Assembly: GCF_006345805.1 (NCBI RefSeq)
Contig: NC_043001.1
Coordinates: 36,208,001 to 36,272,000, forward strand
DNA: 64,000 bases
Direction of reading: 5' to 3'
Origin: Octopus sinensis
Taxonomy: Eukaryota
A program made the translations under genes and the position numbers. This document shows, piece after piece, positions 52,922 to 64,000 of the stretch; positions within the stretch are counted from its first letter, which is position 1, and each line of letters starts with the position of its first letter. Under the pieces are notes generated by a model. That model saw only the letters and a program-made list of their open reading frames with translations, had not been told where the DNA came from and ran no database searches.

Positions 52922-55740
52922 TCCATTTTACCTCTCTGAGAGCGGACAGCAACCTATTATCAAATGTCTCAAAGGGTCTCTTCCCACGATACTTAAAACC
53001 CAAGTACGAATTTCAAAATCCTCGTTGTCCGCAAAAGAGCAGATTTCTGAGCATGTTCTACCCTCATGTCGATTCCAAAATTCTCCGATATATTTCTCAA
53101 ACCTTGTCAATGCTTCCAGTGTCCCTGCAGCTACTCAGATGTCAGTTATTCTCTTCATTGCTCACATTCGTGCAATTTCGTCTTTTAGTAGCTTATATTT
53201 TTCAATGTTTTCCATCTCTTTTGTCACCCACTCTTGCATCCCCAGGTACGACAATATCTATGATCTTGTTTTTGTTTTCTTTTTATCTTGTCATGTCTCC
53301 GAGCATCAATAACTGAGTCACACTGGATTGTAAAATCCCACAAGATCTAATATTAATTATTCTCGGTGACGCCTTCTGGTTAATGTTCGTACCATTTCCT
53401 TGTTCTTTCTAGACCGTACTCACACAATCTCCAGTGAACAATCTTAGCGACGTTATCGTGCCTCATTTTGTATTCTTTTTAAGCCAGTTTGCTACACTCA
53501 CTCACAATATGTGAGACTGATTCGTATTTGCTGTCACACATCCTACAAAGGTGCAGGTCACTGCTCTTATCGATTTAAAACCTGGTGTAATTAGTTCTCA
53601 GAGCTTGTTCCTGGGTACTGCATATCAACCAATACCTTAGTGCACCCTTCCAGATCACTTTTCTTTCGCCACTTCCAGACCTTGGCTTTGTCTTCCCTTC
53701 CATTTCTCAAAGATATTACCCATACATCGTTTATATTTTCCAGTTCTTTAATCTTTGTCTTCCATCTTGTTTCTTAAATTTGGGGTGAGGGTGTCACATT
53801 TTCACTAAGGATCGTGGTATTATTTCTAACAGCTACAAACAAGGTTCAATCTGCCTTTTTCCTTATTGACAACACAGGTCTAACATCCTATGAGACCGCT
53901 TCTTCCGTTATATCTAGGCACACACAGTCTATTGATATCGCTTTTAGGGTGAAGCTTCTTGTTCATTATCATCGCTTTCTTGGTTTTTCTATCCATTTCC
54001 TTAAGCCCGTTCTTTGTCCACCTAACAACCGCACCGTATCACATTAAGGAAACGGCCCGTGTACTCATTGCCCTGATCTTGTTCTTACAATTGAGTCTAT
54101 TTTCTATAATTAATTTGGTTCTGGGGTGTTCTTGTCTAAAGCTTTCCTCCTTGTCATTCGCCTTGATTTTGTTATACTTAAAAATACGCTGTATGGTGGT
54201 TATTCACCATTAAGTGACACTACTTTACCCTTTTTTATGATAAGCGTACCACACTTATAAATTCAAATTCCATCCCGATATACCTACTCAGTATCTGCGC
54301 TGCTGAAACCAGACCATTTATGTTCCACGTTCGCGCTTAACGAAGATCTTTAACTCGTGTATATATAACGAGCGATTTAACTTTTGTCCATTTTTCAAGA
54401 TATACCCTAAAGTCATATTCAGTAATATATGTGTGAGAGGTATCATACAAATCACAAACAGCAATGGCGACAGACTATCTCCCTGAAATATGCCTTTCTT
54501 GATGTTAACCATCCCCCAAAATTTTCCACATGATGTTAATTCTGTATTCCAGTTCTCCATCCTGAATAAATTTAAGACACCTGTATCAACTCAAGACTTT
54601 CTAAAATCCAGGAATCTACTAAGCTTTCTTATAATCAATTCACGCCATACCCAGACTAGTAAGTCTTTTCTTACATTTTTCGGCATTATTCTATCAAAAG
54701 GTTATCCTTTGTCCCTCAGCTTTTCCTCCCACAACCATTCTGTTCAACTGGCAGCTTGCTATACATTTCTATGAAGCCATACACACGATTAGATATTATT
54801 CCTGTCACCAACTTCCATATCAGGAGCAGGCAGGAAGTTGGCCGATAATTATTCACTGCATTACCTTTACTGGGGTCCTTTTGGCAAAGAACCGTTTTAC
54901 CTGTGGTCAACCATTCTGGAATTTCCAGCCCGTTGTTGATTATTTTATCCATATGCTCTGCTATTATTTCGTGTAATGCAGGGAAATATTTCAACGGGCC
55001 CCCTTTACCCATGGGACATCTCCTAGTTTGGAACTTTTTTTCTGCTCGGTCACCATTTTAGTTGTTATTGTTATACTGCTCTGCTTCACTTCATTTTTCT
55101 CTTATCTTAATTCCTTCAACTATTCATCATTTTTCATATGCTTTCTTCCATTATCCCAGATGTTACTCCAAGACCTCCTACTTTCTTCAATGTCCAGTTT
55201 CTCACTGACATCAGCATTTGCGTTCAGCTGCTGACAAAACCTTTTCTAATGCTATTGAAGCAATCTATTGATTTTATAATGTTCAATTCTTTGATCATAT
55301 CTTTTTTGTATTTGTAGTTTAGCTTGCAGTCTGTTTCAGTTCTTCGAGGACTGCATTAACCCCTTTTTTCTTGATCCCCACGTTCTACTTCCTAGTATTT
55401 CTCATTCGTACGGATTTCACCATGTTTCTTTCTTTCCAGGATGTTGATAGGTTTTCGTAGCTCATCCATTGATTGCTTTATCATTCTTTTCGACCAAAGT
55501 TCTCTTTCCACCCTTACGGTTTGGTTCGAGGCTTGCATTCTTTCCTATATAGATGATCCAGGCTTAAATCGACCTATTTGTTCCAGTTATATTATCTGTG
55601 TTAATCTCTTTCAGTATTTCATTCACCTTCCGAGTCCACCCCGGAGCAAAATTCTTTCCACTTCTTTTAATTCATTTACTTCCATGTCCATATTTTTTCT
55701 CAATAACCCCAGTGATGTCTTCTATATTCTCAATCATTAT
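52830..55740 (-). mobile_element. Long decayed R4/Dong-type LINE (RT, CCHC, restriction-like endonuclease) with (TAA)n tail
   Basis: IPEWLTTGKTVLCQKDPSKGNAVNNYRP; KKGIFQGDSLSPLLFVICMIPL; C..CDSKYESVSHIVSECSKLA*KEYKMRHDN; ILWDFTIQ; QKSALLRTTRIL. Confidence 0.92.
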
Positions 55741-55789
55741 TATTGTTATTGTTGTAGTAGTTGTTGTTGTTGTTGTTGTTGTTATTATT

Positions 55790-55905
55790 ATTATTATTAT
55801 TATTATTCAGTAGTTTTATTTTTATAGCGTGCTTTCACTTCACTACCGAGCGCAGCTCTGTGTGCCTTGGGTATGTGCTGTGATTTGTTGTGATGCTCTG
55901 ACGGT
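55790..55905 (-). mobile_element. R4/Dong-type 3' UTR stub with (TAA)n
   Basis: Nearly identical to 15196-15290 (cagtagttttattttt...gagcgcagctctgtgtgccttgggtatg). Confidence 0.85.
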
Positions 55906-55909
55906 CATC

Positions 55910-55910
55910 A

Positions 55911-55974
<64 letters not shown>

Positions 55975-56290
55975 TCTATTTATCCCAGGCTTTGTTGGAG
56001 CTCCAGGAGTCTTGCATGCGTATCGGGCTTACTACCTGCAGCCTGCGGTGCCATGCTATTCGTTCTTTTCATCTATCTAATACTTTCCTGATTATTCTGG
56101 CCGTGTCGAGGAGGTAAAACTCTTGTAACAGTTCTACTGAGCACTCTATTCCAATTTCCTTCATATTACTCTTGATACCCCTGATACTGTGTGTGTCTTT
56201 CCTAGTGCCTAGTCTTTCTTTTCCAGTTCCCTTGTGATCTCTTATATCTCCAATTCTGTCATCCGCTTTCTTCTCATAGCATTAGCTTGA
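55910..56290 (-). mobile_element. R4/Dong-type 3' end from another subfamily, with (TAA)n tail
   Basis: MKEIGIECSVELLQEFYLLDTARIIRKVLD, followed by a UTR and (TAA)n. Confidence 0.75.
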
Positions 56291-56384
56291 TCTACTAATC
56301 TCTGCTCAGTCACATATATTTCTCTACCCATTTCTGCTACTAACTGGAGGATCGTTACCACACCGGGAAAAATGTTTAGCGGCC

Positions 56385-56860
56385 GCTCGTCTGTCTATAT
56401 ATTCTAAGTTCAATTTCCACCGAGGTCGACTTTGCTTTTTATCCTTTCGGGGTCGATACTAGGTCAATATAATCGACTTATCCCTTGCCCCCAAATTACT
56501 GGTCTTGTGCCAAAATTTGAAACCATTATTATTACTATTACTGAAGGCGGCAAAATGTGGCATTTCCTCTAGCGTTAAGTTCTAAGTACAAATTCTTAGC
56601 GTCTGAGTTCAAATTCCGTAGGATCGAATTTGCCTTTGATCCTTTGAGGGTCGATAAAATAAGTACCAGTTGAATCCTGCGGTCAATGTTATCGACTTAA
56701 CCGCTCCCCTGACAATTGCTGGCCTTGAGCCAAATTTTGAGATCCATATTATTATGAAGGTGATGTGTTGGCAGAAGCGTTATCACAGCGAAAAAATTTT
56801 GTCCGTGTTTATGTTCTAAGTTCAAATCCCTCCGAGGTCGACTTTGTCTTTCATCCTGAG
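56385..56860 (+). mobile_element. Cluster of three partial SINE family B copies
   Basis: Repeated ttc.aagttcaaatt.c..cgaggtcgactttg...tcctttcggggtcgat blocks. Confidence 0.8.
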
Positions 56861-57007
56861 TAAAATTTGTACTGAAGTTGTAAGATTTTAATTTAGATTG
56901 CTTTTGCCATATCAATATAAACTAGAAGCTTTGCTTATATATATTTCCTTTTTTGCTCTGTGAAATAGAAACATTTCGGTTAAACATAAAATCTACAAAA
57001 TACTATA

Positions 57008-57185
57008 GGCGTAGGAGTGGGAGTGTGGTAAGTAACTTGCTTATGAACTACATGGTGCCGGGTTCAGTCCCACAGCGTGGCAATTTGGGCAAGTGTCTTC
57101 TACTATAGCCTCCGGCCGACCAAAGCCTTGTGAGTGGATTCGGTAGACGGAAACTGAAAGAAGCCCATCGTATATATGTATATAT

Positions 57186-57228
<43 letters not shown>

Positions 57229-57240
57229 TAATATATATAT

Positions 57241-57271
<31 letters not shown>

Positions 57272-57517
57272 TGTGTGTGGTGTGTGTGTGTGTGTGTGTG
57301 TAAGTGTGTGTGTATATGTTTGTGTGTCTGTGCTTGTCCCCGACATCGCCTGACAACCGATAGTGGTGTGTCTACGTCCCCGTGACTTAGCGGTTCGGCA
57401 AAAGAGGCCGATGGAATAAGTAATAGGCTTACAAAGAATAAGTCCTGGGGTAAATTTGCTCGACTAAAGGCGGTACTCCAGCATGGCCGCTGTCAAATGA
57501 CTGAAACAAGTAAAAAG
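57008..57517 (+). mobile_element. SINE family A, full length, with internal (TA)n(TG)n
   Basis: End-to-end match to 25021-25430. Confidence 0.92.
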
Positions 57518-58059
57518 GTAAAAGTGTAACCTCTAAAGAAAATAAGAAACATTTTTGCCAAGAATATTTAACAATCAATGATAAAAGTTTGGGTTTTCAG
57601 ATATGAAAAATATATGGTCATAATGAATGCCTCAACGCCAAAGATACAAATGTTTATATCTCTTCGGTGTTGATTTTTGCTTTTCATTTCTCCGCGCAGC
57701 GATAAAATGTATACCAATGAAATACTGAATTCGATTTAATCGACCGATCGATTTCAAACTTATAAAAGGTTTCACCGTCTTAGAAACTATTATTATTACT
57801 TAAACAGAAAAATGAGCAGCGAATTGAAGGGATTGTTCTTGATACTCCTTTGCTTTCTGAATTCATATGTTGCCAATGTTAGTTTTATTTTACATCCTTT
57901 ACATGTTGAAGTCGTATATACCTGTCACACCATAAAGGGTTCGAAGAAATACCTCTAAGTAATTTGTCACAGAAGCACTAATGATTCGACCACCTCGCCG
58001 CCTTCATTATAATAATAATGCAGCTGCTGAGGCTACTACTACACTACTACTACTACTAC

Positions 58060-58091
<32 letters not shown>

Positions 58092-58189
58092 ACACTACTA
58101 CTAGTACTACTGATAATAATGGTTGTGGTGGTGGTGGTGGTGACGGTGGTGAAGGTGGTCGTCGTCGTGATGGTCATGATGATGATGAG

Positions 58190-58500
58190 GAGGAGGAGGA
58201 GAAGAAGGAGAAGAAGAAGAAGAGAAGAAGTGGAGGAGGAGAAGAAGAAGAAGAAGGTGGAGGAGAAGAAGAAGGAGAAGAAGAAGAAGAAGAAGAAGAA
58301 GAAAAAGAAGAAGATGAAGAAAATGAAGAAGAAGAAGAGAAGAAAAGAAGAAGAAGAAAAAGAAGAAGAAGAACAAAATGAAGAAGAAGAAGAAGAAGAT
58401 GAAGAAAAAAGAAGAAGAAGAAGAGAAGAAGAAGAAGAAGAAGAAGAAGAGAAGAAGAAGAAGAAGAAGAAGAAGAAGAAGAAACAGCAGCAGCAGCAGC
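58190..58500. repeat. Polypurine (GAA/GAG)n tract
   Basis: Seen directly. Confidence 0.95.
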
Positions 58501-59607
58501 TACAGTTTGGAAGGAAAAAGGAAACAAGATAAAGCTGTTTTTTTTTATCTTAATTTATCAGTCTGAGATTCTTCCCGTCCATGTGGCCATCAGTAAGATT
58601 CTCATAGAACGAAATTAATCAGAGATCTGCTTTCATATGTATGTCTCACACAATTAGTATCTTGCACTTGAGAATTTCAATGAGAACAACGTTATTGCTG
58701 TTGACTTCAACAAAGCCATCGACAGCAAGCTGTCTACTGTCCCCATGTGTCTGTCATTTTTTTTCTTTTCTTAATATGTCTACAGTATTTCACTCCAAAC
58801 CACTTCTCTGAGTCCCCCACATCTCAAATGAAAATCAGCTGAAATACCCTTCCTTACACGCATTTTTAGTACAATTATCAACCTACAGACGCATGAGTCA
58901 CAGAAGATTTTCTATGGGGTTACATGACATGCTAGAAATAACAGCTGAAAGAAGCCACTTTTAAATTCCACCATACTAGTCTGTCGCAGCAGAACATGTG
59001 TCACAAGGAGCGATGTTCAAAACGAATTGAATTTTCGTTGTTTTTTTCTCATCGATGTTTACAGCCTTCGCCAATATACATCATCGGTACACACACTACA
59101 AGAAACATACTCTGGGTTTCTTGTATCTTCGTGCTTACCAGATTTCACTCACAAGGCAGTTTAACCCCAAAGATGTATTTAGAATTCTCGGACCCAAACT
59201 ACTGCGCTATAGTAAAGAATTCGAATCCACTGAGTCGCAATGCAAACGCGTTAACAGTGCAGCTAGCTATGCCAGCGAGTTTCTCGACAACTATTTCATA
59301 GAAACTTACAATGAAATCTTAATGGCGCCGGAAAAATCAAATGTATTATTTATACGGTATACAGCAAAGTAACTGAAATAAATATGGAGAGACATAAAGC
59401 TTACTTTTCTTTTCAATACATTTAAATTCATTCATTGTGTTGAAGTGTTTTATATGCTGATATCGTCATTGCTTTCAGGCGAGTATTGAACTGCGATACT
59501 CAAGAAAAGGAAACATATTCGTTCGAGATTTTAACAATCCTCTCTCCAAATTCAACACTCTCACTCTCTCAATTGTCTCCCAACCCCCCACTTTTCTCAT
59601 TCTTCTG

Positions 59608-59692
<85 letters not shown>

Positions 59693-59730
59693 ATCTATAT
59701 CTATATATATATGTATATATATATATGCAT

Positions 59731-59779
<49 letters not shown>

Positions 59780-60319
59780 TATATATATATAATATATTAT
59801 ATATCGTCTCATACCTTATATTATACAAATAACCACTTCAAACCACATGCATTTGATTTCCATGGATATTTTACTTCCATACATATCATTTTTCATTCTT
59901 TGTAGCACCAGAGAAAGCGCTCATAATTATAATGTTTTTCTTTCGTGTATATGTGTGTGTTTGGAGGAGAGAGGAGGTGAAATCTCTCTACTTATACATT
60001 TTTTTCTTAAATCCACTACCAAAAGCCAAATTAAAAATATTATATATATAAAGTTTTGCAGGCAAAAAAAAATCAAGAAAAGAAACAACGATTCAGGTTT
60101 TGTCGCCAGCGATCTTACAGGAGTGTGAGCTTGTTGAAATTATACATATGGTGCCATATATTCTTTATATTTAAAGAAAAAAATAAAACGTAGAGTTGTA
60201 TGAGAATTTCTTTTAGTGGCTTAATAAAAAAAAGTAGATAAAATAACCCCAAAAATGGAAAGAAACTACGTTTTTAAATATACGTGTTTAAATAAGAAAT
60301 AAACGTGTGCAAACGGGTA

Positions 60320-60900
60320 TTTATATGGAGTGTATGTGCGTGTGTGTGTGCGCATGTGTACGTGTGTGTGTATTTGTGTATGGGTGTGAGTGTGTTTGTA
60401 TGTGTGTACGTGCACGTGTGTGTGTGTGTTGTGCGTGTGTGTGTGTCGTGTGTGTGCGTGTGTGTGTGTGTGCGTGTGTGTGTGCGCATGTGTACGTGTG
60501 TGTGTATTTGTGTTGGTGTGTGAGTGTGTTTGTATGTGTGTACGTGCACGTGTGTTGGTGTGTGGTGTGCGTGTGTGTGTTGTGCGTGTTTGTGCGTGTG
60601 TGTGTGTGTGTCGTGTGTGTGCGCATGTGTACGTGTGTGTGTGTGTTGGGTTTGAGTGTGTGTATGTGTGTACGTGCACGTGTGTGTGTGTGCTTTGTGT
60701 GTGTGTTTGCGTCTGTGTGTGCGTGCGTGTGTGTGCGTGTGTGTGTGCCATGTGTGTGTGTATTTGTGTATGGGTGTGAGTGTGTTTGTATGTGTGTACG
60801 TGCACGTTTGTGTGTGTGTGTGTGCGTGTGTGTGTGTGTGTGGGTGTGTGCGTGCGTGTGTGTTGTGTGGGCGTGTGTGCGTGCGTGTGTTGTGTGTGTT
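60320..60900. repeat. Degenerate TG-based minisatellite (roughly 120-bp period)
   Basis: Recurrent gcgcatgtgtacgtgtgtg...gtgagtgtgtttgtatgtgtgtacgtgcacgt. Confidence 0.8.
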
Positions 60901-61069
60901 TTGTTTGTTTTTGTTTTTCCAGTTTCAGCTCTTGTGTGTTGATTTTTTTTTTTACCTTTGATGCTCCCTGCTGCATTTCTATATGAAGTTCCATGTTTCA
61001 CAACGAATAGGTTTGTTAATCACGTGTGTGTACATAGGCATGTGCGTTTGTGTGTGTGAGAGAGAGAGG

Positions 61070-61506
61070 GGGGGGAAGAAAGAACGAAAGAAGAAGAAAG
61101 AAAGAAAGAAAGAAATACAGAAAGAAAGAAGGAAAGAAATACAGAAAGACAGAAAGAAAGAAGAAAGAAAGACAAGAAGAAAGACAGAAAGAAAGACGGA
61201 AAGAAGAAAGACAGAAAGAAAAAAGAAAGACAAAAGAAAGAAGACAAAAGAAAGAAAGACAGAAAGAAAGAAGTAAAGAAAGAAAGAAAGAAAGAAAGAC
61301 AGAAAGAAAGACGGAAAGAAAGAAAGACAGAAAGAAAGAAAGAAAGACAGAAAGAAAGAAAGACAGAAAGAAAGAAAGGCAGAAAGAAAGAAAGAAAGAA
61401 GGAAAGAAAGAAAGAAAGAAATAGAGAAAGAAAGAAAGACAGAAATAAAGAAAGACAGAAAGATAGATAGAAAGAAAGAAAGAAAGAAAGAAGGAAAGAG
61501 ATACAA

Positions 61507-61539
<33 letters not shown>

Positions 61540-61560
61540 CAGAGGCAGAGGCAGAAAGAG
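61070..61560. repeat. Polypurine (GAAA/GACA)n tract
   Basis: Seen directly. Confidence 0.95.
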
Positions 61561-62249
61561 ATCGAAAAAGCGACAAATTAGGAGGAAATATTCATACATG
61601 CATGTGTGTATATGTGTTTAAGTGTTTGTTCTGTATACGCATATATACACTTGTTCAAAAGAGTTTACCATTCATTCACAAGTCTATGAAAGGAGAACCA
61701 GAAATCGTGAAAGATGGAATGAAGTTATCAAAGAGTAGAATTCAATGAGGGTGTGTATATGGATTTGCATGTTTGCTAGTCAATATACAAAGAATGTATA
61801 ATTGCATGTTTCTGAGTATGCATCTACGCATGGATGACTGTGCACGTGTGTATGAGAGTGTGCGTGCGTATCTATATGTATATGTGTATGTGTATGTACA
61901 TGTGTGTGTGCCTATATACATACGTATATATGTATATATATATATGTGTGTGTGAGTGTGTATAAATATATATGCATATATATATATATATATAATAGTA
62001 AATGAATATATGTGTGTATGTCTTTCTGTGTGACTGTGTGTGTATGTCTATGAGCATGCACGTATATATATATATGTGTATATATATATGTGCATATATA
62101 TATGTATATATACATATATAGATAGATAGATAGATAGATAAAACACTTAGATAAACTTATTTAGAAATGGATGCGCGGCGTTCAATCGTATAATATAAAT
62201 TATATAGATATATATATGCATATATATATATTATGTATATATATGTGCA

Positions 62250-62322
<73 letters not shown>

Positions 62323-62615
62323 TATATACATATATATGTAAGTATGAAGATATATGTATGTATATGCATAGATATAATTAATAACATCAAAGGGTAATCA
62401 GAAATATTAGAAATTTCCATTACCAGTGGCCTAGCGTGTAAAAATTTAGTCAATAGACTATATATTATTCATATAAATACAGTGTACATTTAGGCACATG
62501 AGTGGCAGCCATCGTTAGGACTCCTTGCACGCTAGAGAGAACAATTAAATTCCAAACCACAATTGGGAACAAAATTGCGAAAGGAATGAAAAATAAAAAC
62601 ATTTACCATCTAACT

Positions 62616-62690
62616 CCTGGACCAATGGTTTCAGACTTTTTTTCAGTAAATAAAAAAAATAATTTGCTAGGCAAAGTCTTCTTCAACAGG
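62616..62690 (-). ncRNA. Type I hammerhead motif with a C3-to-T core substitution
   Basis: CCTG-TTGAAGA-AGACT(...)AGTCT-GAAAC-CATTG-GTC-CAGG. Confidence 0.7.
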
Positions 62691-63064
62691 TACACCTTAG
62701 ATTGAATATATATATACACGAGACAATCCAGTATATGTCCTGTGCTTATACAAGGTGACCTAATGATGGATGTCTCTTGTGTGCATAAATGTACACTGTA
62801 TTTATATGAATAATATATAGTCTATTGACTAAATTTTTACACGCTAGGCCACTGGTAATGTAAATTTCTAATATTTCTGATTACCCTTCGATATTATTAA
62901 CTATTGATAATTTTTTTCTGGATAATTTTCGAATTGAAAAGCCGGCATTTTTATTTACTGCCGACAAGGAGCAGCGCTTGCGTGGTAGATTTGAAAAATT
63001 AGAATGTATAAGCACGGTGCATATACTGTATTCCCTCGTGTATATAAATTTAATCTAAGGTGCA

Positions 63065-63135
63065 CCTGCTGAAGAAGAGTTCGCATAGCAAATTATTTTA
63101 TTTGCTAAGAAAATGTCTGAAACCATTGGTCCAGG
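63065..63135 (+). ncRNA. Type I hammerhead ribozyme with a canonical core and GUC cleavage site
   Basis: CCTG-CTGAAGA-AGA..(TAGCAAAT/ATTTGCTA 8-bp hairpin)..TCT-GAAAC-CA-T-TG-GTC-CAGG; predicted cleavage after 63131. Confidence 0.8.
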
Positions 63136-63489
63136 AGTTCGATGGTAAATGTTTTTTTTATTTTCATTCCCTTCGAAATTTTTTTCCTATTAGTGGTTGG
63201 GTATTTAACTGTTCTCTCTAGCATGCAAGGAGTCCTAATGATGGATGTCTCATGCATTTAAATGTACACTGTATTTATATGCATATATATATATATATAT
63301 ATGTATATATGTGTGTGTGTGTGTGTGAATATATATATACATATATGTGTGTGTGTATGTATGTATGTATAAATTATTTATATTATATAAATATATATAT
63401 ATGTATGCATATATATAAATGCATGGAAATATTTGTACATATAAGTGTAAAAATATATACATGTGTGTATATATATATATATATATATA

Positions 63490-63833
63490 AAGGGTAAAGA
63501 CCCCCTTCGGTCATGAGTGACCATGGGTTTGCACCTAGAGAGTTACCCTCTGAGGCACAAGTCTGGGCAAAGTTTTTATATGGAAGACCAGTAGTCGCCC
63601 ATGCATACCGGCCTCCCCTCTCCACGCCACCAGTGTTATCCAAGGGAAAGACAAAGGTCGATACACGCTTGGCACCTGTGACGTCGCAACTCATTTCTAC
63701 AGCTGAGTGAACTGGAGCAACGTGAAAAATAAAGTGTCTTGCTCAAGAACACAAGCACGCAGCCCGGTCCGGGATTCGAGCTTACAACCTCACGATCGTA
63801 AGCTCGACGCTCTAACCACTGAGTCATGCGCCT

Positions 63834-63837
<4 letters not shown>
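63490..63837 (-). mobile_element. tRNA-derived SINE, family C, full length
   Basis: Head gtgaaggcgcatgactcagtggttagagcgtcgagc...ctcgaatcccggaccgg has A and B boxes; body ttcttgagcaagacacttt...cacgttgctccagttcactcagctgtag. Confidence 0.9.
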
Positions 63838-63916
<79 letters not shown>

Positions 63917-64000
63917 GTAGGTCCCGGGTTGATTCGGGGTTAACCACAGTAAATAAGGTACTCAATCATAGTAGAGTAAAATTAATTTATTATATAGAAG

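Larger units (their letters stand above)
62385..63285. mobile_element. Non-coding inverted-repeat complex of PLE-like terminal repeats carrying two hammerheads
   Basis: 62385-62519 is the reverse complement of 62758-62897. 62470-62750 is a diverged reverse complement of 63003-63282. HHR motifs lie at 62616-62690 (-) and 63065-63135 (+). Both flanks are (TA)n-rich. Confidence 0.8.

Noticed and set aside
58996-59372. Two non-repetitive ORFs of about 100 aa
   Set aside because: No recognisable domains and no splice or codon evidence; this length is compatible with chance.

Overview
AT-rich eukaryotic DNA saturated with microsatellites. The SINE and LINE content looks, from my recall, like an octopus (cephalopod) genome; this is not confirmed by a search. 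I could not support any host protein-coding gene, and almost every ORF in the track is a translation of simple repeats. The window is a transposon graveyard: a decayed mariner split by a SINE and a Helitron; several tRNA-derived SINE families; three short non-autonomous Helitrons plus one Helitron Rep deletion derivative; two hAT MITEs; decayed RTE and R4/Dong-type LINEs, including a same-strand pile-up in (TAA)n tracts at about 51.2-56.3 kb; Penelope-like element (PLE) fragments; local tandem duplications; a 16-unit minisatellite; and a 100-N gap. The most interesting hidden signal is a set of hammerhead-ribozyme (HHR) motifs from three unrelated repeat families, several in PLE-style inverted-terminal architectures: a near-canonical GUC-cleaving HHR in a non-coding inverted-repeat complex at 62.4-63.3 kb, a tRNA-headed SINE-like element carrying an HHR and an inverted terminal copy at 26.4-27.0 kb, and a three-copy family whose HHR core has T at the normally conserved A6.
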